Numbered from the stretch's first letter, positions 39,977 to 51,223 are shown. The stretch: DNA of 64,000 bases from an uncultured delta proteobacterium (GCA_963771465.1 CAVYTU010000016.1:96001-160000); one strand, 5' to 3'. Numbers and translations are program-made. The notes: a model not told the origin generated them from the letters alone.

Positions 39977-40688
39977 ATGGCCAGCAGTTGGGAAAGTGTC
40001 AACGTCGATAACAGCAAAATGCCGCTCCATGTGAGCATACCGGAGACTGATCGAACGGTGCCCGGCCTCGTCGTCGTGCATGGAAAATCTGGTTTAGAAA
40101 ATTTTATCAAGGATACGACGCGTCTGTTCGCGCAGCTCGGTTACGCCGCGGTGGCGCCAAATCTCTATCACCGCGACGGTTCGGACTGTAAGGACGATGA
40201 GCGACATGCGCAAATCGCGTTTGCGCGATCCATCGATCATTAGAGATATCGAAGGCGCGGTCGGCTATCTCAAAAATCACAAACAAGTCGACAGCGGTAA
40301 GTTAGGCATCGTCGGCTTCTGCATGGGCGGTCGCATCGTCTATATGATGTCGGCGGCGAGCAAGGATTTGAAAGCGGGAGTGATCTTTTACGGCGGCGGC
40401 ACGATGGTACCGTTCGGTGAAGGGCCATCGCCGTTCGATCGCACGCGTGAGATCAATTGCCCGATCCAAGGCCACTTCGGCGCCGATGATCAGAATCCAT
40501 CACCGGCGGATGTGCGCAAGCTCGACGGGGAGCTGACGAAATTCGGCAAAGTGCATGAGTTCCACAGCTACGCCGGCGCTGCACACGCATTTGTGAATAC
40601 GGGGTCGAGCAATTACCGGCCGCATGCCGCGGCGTCATCATGGCCAAAAGCAATGGAGTTTTTTAGCAGACATTTGGTCGGGGAGTAG
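39977..40688 (+). CDS. Dienelactone hydrolase family protein (frameshift near 40195)
   Basis: N-part GLVVVH...GYAAVAPNLY; C-part GFCMGG, FGADD and YAGAAHAF. Confidence 0.82.
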
Positions 40689-40801
40689 GAGAACGTTCAA
40701 TTTAAATACGGCACCAGAAATAGACCAATCGACCTATTTTCTCGGGTTGACATCATCAAACTAGTTGGCGCAAATAGGGCGCATAACACAAGGAGGTTTC
40801 T

Positions 40802-41240
40802 ATGGGACAGTTAAAAATTGAAGGCGTTACGCACTGGTCGATACCGGTGAACAATTTGGACGAGTCGGAGAAGTTTTATGGCGATCTGCTCGGGTTGAAG
40901 CATCTTGGGCGGCTCGGCAACTCCGGCATGTCTTGCTTCAACGTCGGCGATCACAACATTTTACTCTGTCAGCGGTCGGCTGAGCGTGGATAAGTCGCAT
41001 GTTGAAGATGCGAACGTGCACCATTCCTTCACGGTAACGCCAGACACTCTAGTGCAGGCATGCAAGGTTTTTTCCGAGAAGAAAATTCCCATCGACCGGC
41101 TTTATTACCGCGCCAAGGGATTTTTTACGGGGAGAGAACTTTATTTCTTCGATCCGAGCGGCAACCGTTTAGAATTGCGCGATCCAACTTGGAAGGCGGG
41201 CATGCCGGAGCAGACGTTCGAGGAGCTGGCGAAGTCTTAA
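40802..41240 (+). CDS. VOC/glyoxalase protein (frameshift near 40980)
   Basis: THWSIPVNNLDESEKFYGDLLG joined to HHSF...LYFFDPSGNRLEL; AGGAGG RBS. Confidence 0.82.
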
Positions 41241-41252
41241 ATCCTGCCTTGC

Positions 41253-41310
41253 TTGAAACGAATGGAGCGGCTTGAACGATTTGAACCGTTGGAACGGCCA
41301 AATCGTTCAA
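41253..41310. repeat. 9-bp periodic TTGAAC/GTTCAA array
   Basis: TGGAGCGGC TTGAACGAT TTGAACCGT TGGAACGG...CGTTCAA. Related arrays at about 30497-30535 and 38422-38447. Confidence 0.65.
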
Positions 41311-41339
41311 GCCTATTTCATTGGAAAGATTTGCTGCGG

Positions 41340-42179
41340 CTATTTTTTTAGCACCGGAACGCCCGGTAGTTTGGTTTTCTCGTCGTAGTACTCTTGAGAA
41401 AACTCCGGTTTACGGCGCTCGGCGAATGCTGCCGATCCTTCGTCGTAGGCTTTGCTGCTGCGCAGGTGGGCGTAAAATTCACGGTGAATTTCGAAGCCTT
41501 TTTCCCAGCCCTGAATCCCGTAGAGCAGCTTGTCTTCGACGAACTCCATTGTGTGCTCGGCAATCAGCCTGCCGTTGCGATTGATCGTCGTGGCGAGCTC
41601 GATGCAATCGTCAAGTAACTTGTCTGGTGCGCAGATCTTTTGCACAAGTCCTAAGCGAAAGGCGGTGTCAGCGTCGCAGAATTGGCCGGTGAGCGCGAAC
41701 CAATAGCCCCATCCCGTGGGAATCTGGCATATATAACTCGGCCAGGCTGCTAAGTGCGACCAGCGCACTTCGCCGCAGCCAAATTTCGCCGCCGGCACGC
41801 AATAACGGATATGGCAGGCGAGCGCCAAGCCAAAACCACCGCCGACGGCGTAACCGTTGATTGCGGCGATGATCGGCTTGTGCATCTGCAGCGAGCGCGT
41901 GTTCGAATAGGGCCGTGGGCCGGAGCGTGGGCCGGTCATTTCACCGCGGGCGAAGGCGATGTTTTCTTTCAAGTCGCCGCCGGAGCAGAATGCGTCGGCA
42001 GTGCCGGTGAGGATGATCGTCCAAACGTCATCGTCATCCTTGGCTTTGTGCCACGCTTCGTCGAGCGCCCAGTAGAGATCGCGGCTGATCGAGTTTTTCT
42101 TCTCCGGCCGATTGAGCCGGATGATCGCGATATGCGGATCGCGTTTTTCGTATACGCACAGGGGTCCTGGTTCTGCCAT
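41340..42179 (-). CDS. Enoyl-CoA hydratase/isomerase family protein
   Basis: LNRPEKKNSI, AFCSGGDL, KPIIAAINGYAVGGGF and EGSAAFAERRKP motifs. Confidence 0.9.
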   Translation of the reverse strand: MAEPGPLCVYEKRDPHIAIIRLNRPEKKNSISRDLYWALDEAWHKAKDDDDVWTIILTGTADAFCSGGDLKENIAFARGEMTGPRSGPRPYSNTRSLQMHKPIIAAINGYAVGGGFGLALACHIRYCVPAAKFGCGEVRWSHLAAWPSYICQIPTGWGYWFALTGQFCDADTAFRLGLVQKICAPDKLLDDCIELATTINRNGRLIAEHTMEFVEDKLLYGIQGWEKGFEIHREFYAHLRSSKAYDEGSAAFAERRKPEFSQEYYDEKTKLPGVPVLKK

Positions 42180-42194
42180 TGTTCCTCCTCCTAG

Positions 42195-42290
42195 AAATGG
42201 AAAATTGAAAATGGAAAATTGAAAATGTTAGAACCCAATTCGGCGTAGATTTCTTTAATTATCAATTCTCAATTTTCATTTTTCAATTAT
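42195..42290. repeat. Inverted AT-rich heptamer arrays
   Basis: AAATGGA AAATTGA AAATGGA AAATTGA AAATG ... TAATTAT CAATTCT CAATTTT CATTTTT CAATTAT. Confidence 0.85.
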
Positions 42291-43498
42291 TAATAAAGCA
42301 CTTTCTCTTCATCCAACTTTTTGATCTCTTCATTACTTAGGCCGAGCAAGTTGCGCGCGATCTCATGGGTGTGCTCGCCCATGAGCGGCGCAACGCCGCG
42401 CACTTTGCCGGGCGTCAATGACATGCGCATCGGCACGTTCTCCGTGACCATGTCGCCGCCTTCGGGCTCGTTCATATGCACCAGAAAACCGGTGGCGGCG
42501 TACTGCTTGTCGTTTTTAAACTGGTCTTCAACGTCCTGCACGACAGCGGCGCAAACATCGACGCCTTGGACCAACTCCATCACTTCGTACGGATCGTGCT
42601 CGATCGTCCAGCTCGTCACCCATTTGTCCAACGCTTCTTTGTGACGCACGCGCCCGAGATGCGTGGCGAACTTTGCGTCGCGCTTGGAGCCTGATTTTTC
42701 AACTAACGTGGCGAAGCGCTCCCACTCCTCGTCGTTGTAGACCGCGATCACACACCAGCGGTCGTCGCCTTTGCATTGATACGGGCCGTAGGGCGCGGCG
42801 ATGAGGCTGCGATTGCCTTCGGGTTTGGGTTCACGCTTGTTGACGTTGTATTCAAGATACTTTGGGCCGAGGATCGATGCGCCGATTTCTTGTTGCGCGC
42901 TGTCGATCCACTGGCCGCGGCCGGTTTTTTTACGCTCCATCAACGCCAGCACGACGCCGAACGCGCCGGTCACGCCGCCCATGAAATCGGGGTGCTGCGT
43001 GCGCGGCTCGGCGGTGGCCGTAGTGGCGCCGGGATAATTCCATAAATAAGTCGTCGCCATGGTGTTGCCGACGTTGGGACCGTAGGTGAGATCGGCGGCG
43101 TGCGGACCGGTGCAGCCCATGCCTTTGACGCGGATCAAAATGATTCGCGGATTGATCAATTGCAGATCGGGCCAGTCGAGGCCCCATTTTTCTAAAATGC
43201 CCAAGCCAAAGTTTTCCACCAGCACGTCGGATTTTTTTGCCAGCTCTTTTACCAGTTCGCGGCCCTTCGGTGTTTGCATGTTGACCGTGAACGATTTTTT
43301 GCCGCGCTGGAGTTTCATGAAGTCAGGCTTTTTGTTCCACAGCTTGGGATCCTCGCCGCGATGGCCGTCACCGCGCAGACGAGTCTCGCAACGAATCACT
43401 TCGGCGCCAAACTCACACAACACGCGCGCCACGGTCGGTCCGGCGGCGCCGGTGGTAAGCTCGATAACGCGAATGCCTTCAAGGGGTAGCTTGCTCAT
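42290..43498 (-). CDS. Class III CoA-transferase (CaiB/BaiF; BbsF-like, catalytic Asp retained)
   Basis: LEGIRVIE, FGAEVI, DVLVENF, HPDFMGG and APLMGEHT motifs. Confidence 0.9.
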   Translation of the reverse strand: MSKLPLEGIRVIELTTGAAGPTVARVLCEFGAEVIRCETRLRGDGHRGEDPKLWNKKPDFMKLQRGKKSFTVNMQTPKGRELVKELAKKSDVLVENFGLGILEKWGLDWPDLQLINPRIILIRVKGMGCTGPHAADLTYGPNVGNTMATTYLWNYPGATTATAEPRTQHPDFMGGVTGAFGVVLALMERKKTGRGQWIDSAQQEIGASILGPKYLEYNVNKREPKPEGNRSLIAAPYGPYQCKGDDRWCVIAVYNDEEWERFATLVEKSGSKRDAKFATHLGRVRHKEALDKWVTSWTIEHDPYEVMELVQGVDVCAAVVQDVEDQFKNDKQYAATGFLVHMNEPEGGDMVTENVPMRMSLTPGKVRGVAPLMGEHTHEIARNLLGLSNEEIKKLDEEKVLY

Positions 43499-43590
43499 AT
43501 GAATTCTTTCCTACTTTGTTTTACCTTTAAGTATTGCAGTGAAGGAGTGTCGGGAATAGCTATTCCGCGGTATTCCATCACTCATTCTTC

Positions 43591-44796
43591 TCAGATCACT
43601 CCTTCGGCGCGCAGCGCGACGAGATCGTCGTTGTTCATGCCGAGATCGCCGATGAAAACTTCTTGGTTATGCTCACCGAGCAGCGGCGCGGCGCGGTGGA
43701 TGGCGCCGGGAGTTTCCATCAGGCGCGGCACGACGCCGAACTGTTTATACTTGCCGATCACCGGATGCTCCATATCGACAAACAGCCCGCGCGCTTTGGT
43801 TTGCTCCATCTCGATAAATTCGCCGGCCGTATTAATTGGCGTAACGGCGATACGGCGCTTTTGGCCTTGTTCGTAAAGTTCTTCTTTGGTGTGGCGCGCG
43901 CAGAACTCGGCGATGGCGCCGACGACGATTTCCGGATGCTTGCGCCGGAACGCCATCTTTTCGAACTCCGGCCCGGCGATGGATGCCGGCTTGCCCATCC
44001 AGTCGACCAGGCGGCGCCACTGTTCGATGGGGATGATGAAGATGCGCGCGTAGCCGTTCTTGGTTTGATACGGGTCGTAGAGGTCGGTCTCTTCGCCTTT
44101 GCGTGACGCGCGCGCCGGCTTTTCGCCGGTGTATCCGAAGTTGGGGATAAAATAGCCGGCGATGTGGCCGCCACATTCGTGCATCGACACGTCGATGTGT
44201 TGGCCTTTGCCGCTTTCCAGCCGGTGATAAAGCGCGACGGCGATGCCGAACGCTCCGTAAGTCGATGCCATGCCGTAAGCGATTTCTCCAGGCGGTTGCA
44301 GCGGCGGCTCGCCCGGTTCGCCGGCGAGATAGAGCAGGTTGCCCAGTGCGATGCCCGCCATGTCGTTGGCTTTGTAATCTTTCCACGGACCGCTCTGGCC
44401 GAAGGGCGTGATCGAGGCGACAATCAGCGCCGGATTGACGGCGCTCAAGTCTTGATAGGTAAGCCGCAACTCTTGCGCCCGCGACGGTCGATACGTTTCG
44501 ATGACGACATCCGCTTTCTTACACAACTCGAGCAAGATCGCGCGGCCGTCGGGTTTTTCCACATCGAGGGTAATGCCACGCTTGTTGGTGTTGAAGTGAA
44601 GGAAGTAGAGACTTTTCTCCGGGTGCGGCGCGTCGTCTTTGAACGGCGGGATGCGGCGCGATTCGTCGCCTGACGGCGCTTCGACTTTGATCACGTCGGC
44701 GCCCATGTCGGCGAGCAGTTTGGTGCAGTGCAAGCTCAGCGGCCCGCCGAGATCGAGCACGCGGTAGCCGGTTAACGGTCCTGATGGAGTTGGCAT
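43591..44796 (-). CDS. Class III CoA-transferase (BbsE-like, catalytic Asp apparently absent)
   Basis: LADMGADVIKVE, NTNKRGITLD, SITPFGQSGP and APLLGEHN motifs; EIAYGMAS at the Asp position. Confidence 0.9.
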   Translation of the reverse strand: MPTPSGPLTGYRVLDLGGPLSLHCTKLLADMGADVIKVEAPSGDESRRIPPFKDDAPHPEKSLYFLHFNTNKRGITLDVEKPDGRAILLELCKKADVVIETYRPSRAQELRLTYQDLSAVNPALIVASITPFGQSGPWKDYKANDMAGIALGNLLYLAGEPGEPPLQPPGEIAYGMASTYGAFGIAVALYHRLESGKGQHIDVSMHECGGHIAGYFIPNFGYTGEKPARASRKGEETDLYDPYQTKNGYARIFIIPIEQWRRLVDWMGKPASIAGPEFEKMAFRRKHPEIVVGAIAEFCARHTKEELYEQGQKRRIAVTPINTAGEFIEMEQTKARGLFVDMEHPVIGKYKQFGVVPRLMETPGAIHRAAPLLGEHNQEVFIGDLGMNNDDLVALRAEGVI

Positions 44797-44943
44797 GAAA
44801 TTCCTCGACTGAAATTGACAATGTATTCGACGAGATTCTTACTTGGATAAAAGATTTGTGTCAAGGCACGTGCACGCAGTGTTGCGTTTTGGGTCTCCAG
44901 ATTTGCGTTTGGACTTTGGTGCGCGGTAAGGACGCAAACAAAC

Positions 44944-44973
44944 TGTCGCGGCGACCGGCCGGTCGTCGTTACA
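44944..44973. repeat. REP-like palindrome
   Basis: TGTCGCGGCGACCGG|CCGGTCGTCGTTACA, a near-perfect palindrome in an intergenic region. Confidence 0.65.
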
Positions 44974-45141
44974 AATCGCGCCTTTAATTAACGATTATCT
45001 ACCGTGATGAAATTTTCAATTTACAAGCGGGCGCAATCTTAGTAAGTATCGGAGCGGTGAACGATCGGCGCCGCTCGAAGGGCACAGTCTCTTCGTACTC
45101 GGTGACGATCACCTGCTAACCTCAAGCTTGGACGCCAATAT

Positions 45142-46206
45142 ATGCTCACGTTAAGGCGATCGCGCCTTCTGCACGGACCGGCAACAGTTATATTTGCGCT
45201 TTTGTTGTTGATAGAAAGTCCAACTCTTTTCGCGCAGACATCGTTCTTTGAAGGCAAAACCGTCAGAATCATCGTCGGTTACCCGGCTGGAACCACGCAC
45301 GATGCCTGGGCGAGGCTTATAGCCCTGTACATGAAGAAGCACATAGCGGGCAACCCTGATTTCATCGTTCAGTCGATGCCGGGCGCGGGCTCCTTAGTGG
45401 CGGCCAACTATATTTATGGCATCGCGAAACCGGACGGGCTCACGCTTGCTACCTTCAATGCGGCGCTCTATTTCGAGCAACTGATCGGGCGCAAGGAGGC
45501 ACAATTCGATTGGCCGAAAATGACGTGGATCGGCAGCTCCACACCGGCGACCCGATTGTTTTACATTCGCGCCGACTCGCCCTACGCGGCTATCCCGGAG
45601 CTGCGCAAAGCGGCCGATCCGCCCAAGTGCGGCACCGCGGGACGCGGCACCACCGGTTATATTTTGCCGAAACTGTTTGAGGAATCGCTGGGGCTGAAAC
45701 TTGCCATCGTCAGCGGTTATCCGGGCGGAGTAGAAGTCGATTTAGCCATTGAGAAGGGCGAGATCCAGTGCAATTCAACTTCGTTGTCGGTGTTTTTCGG
45801 ACGCGAGCCATTTCACACTTGGCGCAAGAAAAACTTTGTTCGCGTGCTGATTCAAACCGGCCGCAGGCGCGATAGCCGGTTGCCCGAGGTGCCGACGATT
45901 TTCGAGCTGATGGACCAATACAAGACACTGGAAGAAAGCCGCCGTTTAACCAACGTGTTCCTCGATGCCGGCCGATTCGGCTCTTGGCCGATTGTCGCTT
46001 CCCCCGGGGTTGCTGCCGATCGCGTGAAAACACTCCGCGACGCTTTCGCGAAGGCCGCCAACGATCCTGCGTTGCTGGCCGAAGCTAACAAGAAACAGTT
46101 GGAAGTCGAACCGATTCGGGGCGAGGAGCTTGACCTGCTGGCGAAGGAAGTCATGGCCCAGCCAAAGGAAGTGATCGAGCGGATGAAAGAGCTGTTAGGT
46201 AATTAA
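45142..46206 (+). CDS. Tripartite tricarboxylate transporter (Bug/TctC-like) substrate-binding protein
   Basis: FFEGKTVRIIVG, MPGAGS, KPDGLT, GYPGG, LPEVPT motifs. Confidence 0.85.
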   Translation: MLTLRRSRLLHGPATVIFALLLLIESPTLFAQTSFFEGKTVRIIVGYPAGTTHDAWARLIALYMKKHIAGNPDFIVQSMPGAGSLVAANYIYGIAKPDGLTLATFNAALYFEQLIGRKEAQFDWPKMTWIGSSTPATRLFYIRADSPYAAIPELRKAADPPKCGTAGRGTTGYILPKLFEESLGLKLAIVSGYPGGVEVDLAIEKGEIQCNSTSLSVFFGREPFHTWRKKNFVRVLIQTGRRRDSRLPEVPTIFELMDQYKTLEESRRLTNVFLDAGRFGSWPIVASPGVAADRVKTLRDAFAKAANDPALLAEANKKQLEVEPIRGEELDLLAKEVMAQPKEVIERMKELLGN

Positions 46207-46315
46207 AGACGACGCCATAGTCTCAAAAGTTTGTTATAGGGTCGACAAACGTGTAACCGCCGCCCAGGAATGAAAGTTGGCTTCGAGACGCCAGCCTATG
46301 GCCGCCTGAAAATTT

Positions 46316-47308
46316 ATGCAAAACGCTCTTGCCCGCGCATTGGTTGTCACGGCAATTCTGTTCACTGTATCTCGCGGATCGGTTTGTGCCGCCGACAAGT
46401 TGCGTGTCGCCTACGTCAGTCCGAGCGTCTCTTTGTCGCTGCCGTGGGTCGCTAAGGAGCTGGGGATTTAGCGAAGCATGATTTGTTTGCCGAGATTCTT
46501 CTCATCACCGGCAGCCCGCGTTTGGTTCAGTCTTTGATCGCCGGCGACGTCGATGTCGTATTCGCCGGCGTCACCGCGATCACTCGCGCACGGCTGCGCG
46601 GCGCGGAGGTTTCGATCCTCGGCGCCGCGGCCAATCTTTCCAGTCAGAAGTTGATGGTGAGCAGGAACTCGAAAATACGCCGGCTCGAGGAGGTGAAAGG
46701 CGCGGCCGTCGGCGTGTCGCAATTTGGCTCCGAAGCCGACACCTTTACACGCAACGCGCTGGCGACGGTCGGACTGCGACCGGATCGGGACGTAACGTTT
46801 CTGCAACTCGGCGGCCATCCGCAGGTCGCCGCCGCCATGGCCGCGGGGAAACTGGAAGTCGGCGCCCTCGCTGGACTGGTGGCGCTCACTGCTGAGCGCG
46901 CCGGCGGGCGGCTGCTGACCAGCGCGGTCCAGCTGAAGATTCTATCGCCCTCCGGGACTTTCGCGACTACGCGCGGTTATATTCAGCGCAAAAGAAGCGT
47001 TGTCGATCGGCTGATGCGCTCCTTCGCCGAAGCCGTGCATTATCTCAAAACCAACCGCAGCGGCTCGATCCGCTTTGCTGCAAAAATATTTTGGCGGCTT
47101 GAACGCGGAAGAGGCTGCGTATCTGTATGACGAACAAGTCGATCTTTTAGAACGAGTGCCCGCGCCGAATGAAAAGGCGCTTCAAGCCGTGCTCGAGCGC
47201 GAGAACGATGCGAAATTGAAAACCATGTCACCGGCGGATTTCATCGACGCGAGCTTTTTTCGTGAGATTGAAAAGAGCGGCTTGATTGAGCAACTGTATC
47301 GGAAGTAG
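46316..47308 (+). CDS. NMT1/THI5-type SBP with two frameshifts (near 46468 and 47075)
   Basis: ATG 46316 MQNALARALVV...AADKLRVAY...AKELGI joins ORF 46483-47130 and then ORF 47075-47308 (FIDASFFREIEKSG). Confidence 0.75.
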
Positions 47309-47427
47309 AGTTGGCGATGGAGCGTCGGGCACAAAGACGATGAACCAACGATTATCTCGCGCAAAGGCGTAAAGGTAGAAGCATCGTCGAACAGTAACCG
47401 GGCTTTGAAACAGAAGGGAGAAAAACA

Positions 47428-47790
47428 ATGGCACGCATTCGACACATCGCATTGCTGACAAAGGATACCGAAAAACTGGCCGGGTTTTATAAGGCGTCTT
47501 TCGGTCTCGGTGAGGTCGCTCGCAGCGGTGAAGCCAGCGAGCATGGCCAGGCGATTTATCTGTCCGACGGCCATATCAATTTGGCGATTCTTCCGGCGCA
47601 CAACCGGCGCGAGGGGATCTACCATTTCGGCATGGAAGTAGAAAACGTCAAAGGTGCGACGGAAATCGCGCTCGCCGCAGGCGCCACCGGCGGCACCGCC
47701 AATCTCCCCCGTGATGGACGTTTCGCCGAAACGTTTGTGCTCGATCCGGTGGGCACCCGTGTCGATCTATCGCTGGGATGGAAGGTGTAA
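47428..47790 (+). CDS. VOC/glyoxalase protein
   Basis: IRHIAL...FY, LSDGHINLAIL, HFGMEV and DPVG.RVDL motifs. Confidence 0.85.
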   Translation: MARIRHIALLTKDTEKLAGFYKASFGLGEVARSGEASEHGQAIYLSDGHINLAILPAHNRREGIYHFGMEVENVKGATEIALAAGATGGTANLPRDGRFAETFVLDPVGTRVDLSLGWKV

Positions 47791-47909
47791 AGCGATCATC
47801 AAGATTCTCCTTACCAACGGCGCTGTACGTGCGCGCGAGCTGGCAGTTTGTCGCACAACAATTTTGCGCGGATCGCAGCTTATCCGTTGACTGCTTATAA
47901 GGAGGGATT

Positions 47910-48275
47910 ATGTCGATCAAGCTGAATCACACAATTGTGCCGGCCAAGGACAAAGATGCTGCGGCGCGATTCTTCGCCAAGATTTTTGGCCTCAAATACG
48001 ATGGACCGATGGGTCATTTTGCGCCGGTGCGGGTCAACGAAGAGCTGACGCTCGACTTCGATGACGCCGAGTCCTTCGAGTCGCATCATTATGCGTTTCA
48101 CGTTAGCGATGACGAATTCGATGCGATCTTCCAGCGTATCCAGGAAGCCGGCATTACCTGGGGCAGCGAGCCTCGGAGTCCGACGAACGGCCAATTGAAT
48201 ACGCGCAAGGGCGGCCGCGGCGTCTACTTTCACGGTCCCGACGGTCACTTGCTCGAACTGCTCACACGCGCTTGA
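47910..48275 (+). CDS. VOC/glyoxalase protein
   Basis: LNHTIVPA, HYAFHV and GRGVYF.GPDGHLLEL motifs. Confidence 0.9.
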   Translation: MSIKLNHTIVPAKDKDAAARFFAKIFGLKYDGPMGHFAPVRVNEELTLDFDDAESFESHHYAFHVSDDEFDAIFQRIQEAGITWGSEPRSPTNGQLNTRKGGRGVYFHGPDGHLLELLTRA

Positions 48276-48517
48276 GCGAACCGAATAATCAAACTCGCAT
48301 CCCTCGAAGAAGTTGGCTCTCCGCTTCGCGTTTTCGAGCAATCGTTTCACACCGAGCTGAACATCACTGTCTTAGTAACGGCGGTGCCAACATGGATTTT
48401 TGACTTACCTATCTGATTGGGCCCTTTACAAATCAAGCCGAGGCGATAGACTTCACGCTTTCCACATTCGGATTTTGCTTTGCCGTGCTCCGGGTTTTGT
48501 TTCTCAAGGAGGACGTT

Positions 48518-49381
48518 ATGACGAAAGCGAAATTAACGCTTAGCCTGTTGCTGGCGACGTTGATTCTTGGCGGCACGGTCTTGGGGCAGGAATTGGACGG
48601 GACGCTGAAGAAGATTAAAACGTCGGGCACACTTAACCTTGGCTATCGCGAGGCGGCGCCGCCATTTTCTTTCCCGGGACCAGACCGGCAGCCGGTAGGC
48701 TATTCCGTTGACCTCTGTACGCATGTCGCGGGCGCGATTCAAAAACAACTCGGAGTCAGTCTCAAACTCAATTGGGTGCCGGTCACGGCCGAGAATCGAA
48801 TTGATATGGTGGCGCAGGGGAAAGTCGATATCGAATGCGGCACGACCACCGCTAGCCTTTCGCGTCAGGAGCGAGTGGACTTCAGCCTGATGACTTTTGT
48901 CGACGGCGGCGGCTTGCTGACCAAGTCGGACTTGAATCTCCGCGCCATGGCCGATCTTGCCGACAAGCGCGTCGCGGTGATCCCCGGGACGACCACGGAG
49001 ACTGCGCTGACAAAGTTTTTAAAAGAGGAGTTCGTTACGGTTCAGTTGGTCCGCGTCAAAGACCATTTGGAGGGGCGCGGCGCCGTCGAGAAGGGCTTGG
49101 CCGAAGCTTTCGCGTCCGACAGGGGAATCTTGATCGGGCTCGTCATAACGGCGAAGGAACCGTCGAGCTTTACCATACCGAATATTCTGTTCTCATTTGA
49201 GCCTTATGGATTCATGGTGCCGCGCAACGACGCGGCGTTCCGCCTCGCTGTCAATCGGGCGCTGGCCGAGCTCTATCGCTCAGGTGGCGTATTGCAGCTC
49301 TACGAGCGCTGGTTTGGCGCACTCGGCAAGCCGAGCCCGGCACTTCAGGCCATGTATCTTCTCAATGCGCTGCCCGAATAA
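48518..49381 (+). CDS. Amino-acid ABC substrate-binding protein, family 3 (GltI-like)
   Basis: GTLKKIK, GYSVDLC, DIECGTT, RQERVDFS and EPYG motifs; AGGAGG RBS. Confidence 0.9.
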   Translation: MTKAKLTLSLLLATLILGGTVLGQELDGTLKKIKTSGTLNLGYREAAPPFSFPGPDRQPVGYSVDLCTHVAGAIQKQLGVSLKLNWVPVTAENRIDMVAQGKVDIECGTTTASLSRQERVDFSLMTFVDGGGLLTKSDLNLRAMADLADKRVAVIPGTTTETALTKFLKEEFVTVQLVRVKDHLEGRGAVEKGLAEAFASDRGILIGLVITAKEPSSFTIPNILFSFEPYGFMVPRNDAAFRLAVNRALAELYRSGGVLQLYERWFGALGKPSPALQAMYLLNALPE

Positions 49382-49428
49382 GGAATGGCGCTCTCGGCAA
49401 AATTTTTTGAAGCAAAAGGCAAAATCCT

Positions 49429-50343
49429 ATGAGCTGGCAATCGGCTGAAGAGCCTGAAGCAAAGACTCCAACGGGCTGCAAGGCGTTGGAGACCGTCATC
49501 GTGCCGCGTCCCCGCGACATCGGCGGGTTTGAAGTTCGCCGCGTGCTGCCGTCTGCGGAGCGGCGCAGCGTCGGGCCGTTTGTATTCTTCGACCAGATGG
49601 GACCTGCCGAGCTCGCGCCCGGCGCCGGCATCGACGTGCGGCCTCATCCGCACATCGGTCTTGCAACGGTGACCTATTTGTTTGCCGGCTCGATCGTTCA
49701 TCGCGACAGTCTGGGCAGCGTGCAGACTATCGAGCCCGGCGCGGTCAATTGGATGACCGCTGGGCGCGGCATCGTTCACTCCGAACGTTCCGACACGGAA
49801 CTCAGAAAACAACGGCAAGAACTCTACGGCATACAGATCTGGGTGGCGCTCCCTAAGCGGCACGAGGAAACCGATCCCGACTTCGCGCATTACGCCGCCG
49901 CATCATTGCCTGTGATCGAGGGCGAAGAAAAAACAGTCCGCCTCATCGCCGGTTCGCTCTACGGCAAGGCGTCGCCGGTGAAAACTTTGTCGGCGCTGTT
50001 TTATGCCGACGCGACGTTACGACCGGGCGCATCGCTTGCGCTGGATAACGAGCACGATGAACGAGCGATTTATCTTCTCGAAGGAACGGTCGAGATCGCC
50101 GGGCAGGCTTTCGAGCCAGGACGGCTTTTAGTTTTTTCGTCCGGCGATTCGATCACAATCAAAGCAACTTCGGCGACTCGGTTGCTATTGCTGGGCGGCG
50201 AGCCGCTCGACGGTCGGCGCTATCTCTGGTGGAACTTTGTTTCAAGCTCGCGCGAGCGCATCGAGCAGGCCAAGGCCGACTGGAAAGCCGGACGCTTCGC
50301 GCCGGTCCCCGGCGAAGTCGAGTTTATTCCGCTGCCGGAATAA
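49429..50343 (+). CDS. Pirin family protein
   Basis: [31 protein letters not shown] and WWNFV motifs. Confidence 0.93.
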   Translation: MSWQSAEEPEAKTPTGCKALETVIVPRPRDIGGFEVRRVLPSAERRSVGPFVFFDQMGPAELAPGAGIDVRPHPHIGLATVTYLFAGSIVHRDSLGSVQTIEPGAVNWMTAGRGIVHSERSDTELRKQRQELYGIQIWVALPKRHEETDPDFAHYAAASLPVIEGEEKTVRLIAGSLYGKASPVKTLSALFYADATLRPGASLALDNEHDERAIYLLEGTVEIAGQAFEPGRLLVFSSGDSITIKATSATRLLLLGGEPLDGRRYLWWNFVSSSRERIEQAKADWKAGRFAPVPGEVEFIPLPE

Positions 50344-51223
50344 CCGAGATGCTGTGTCAGGCTATATTGGCTTTGGTCAATTCCGATTAGCGGTGAAGAA
50401 CTTTGTCTGATTTAGACCTCAGTCAAAACGTGTCCCGATCAGATGGCGGAATCTCGCCGAATTAGCCTTGTTACCCACGCCTAACAATTTTCCTACGTTG
50501 ACTTGAAGGATTCGCCGGCATAGAAAGAGTTCGATGTGTTTCTCTAGAAACACAAAATGGCGCGCCATGCCGATTATTCTTCAAGAAGCTATTTCTGCGT
50601 CTATTGGTCAGGCGCTGCAGCCCCGAGTTTTCGATCCATTCGAAGATCGTCTTCCCATAAAAGCCAGTAAATTGGTGGCGTTTGCAGATCTAATTCCGGG
50701 GGCTGCATTTCACCGCGGTTTTAAGTCGTTCAGAATGAAACGGTTGGGATTTTCCTGGAAAAATTTACCAGCCTATTGATCTGCAGGGCGTATCCATTAT
50801 CGATCGCCAGCAAACTCAGGTTCCTTATCAGCGTCCTGTAGATGCTGCTCGTTTGATCCGTGCTCCGCCCCTTTTATAGCTCGTCTAAATTCCAGAATTT
50901 CGCGATTTGATCGACGCGAATTCACCAACCGACTTACCGCCCAACGAAGCTATTGGCAGGGACCGAATCAAAACCCTTTCGCTGTCGCGACTGTGTTAGG
51001 CCGCGGGGCCGTACGGGTTTCAGGAGCGAAGATGTTTGGAATATCGTCGGATGTGTAGATCGTGGTTTTTTTCGCGGCTGTCTTCGCGGGTATCATCATC
51101 TGGGTTAATTGGATGTGACCTTATTTTGGACTTCCCACGGGCTGCGACCGACCCAAGGACAGTCCGTCAAGTGAGCGCCGAAAAAATCACTGGATCGTCT
51201 ACGTAGCTAACAGGAGAGAGCCG

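Noticed and set aside
45045-45140. Structured leader (GAGCGGTG...CGCCGCTC) upstream of the TTT receptor as a riboswitch
   Set aside because: It is a single hairpin with no match to a riboswitch consensus I can recognise. An Rfam scan would be needed.
50534-50779. 81-aa ORF, and ORFs 52502-52687 and 52650-52889
   Set aside because: No recognisable motif or convincing support. Left uncalled, although they may be remnants.
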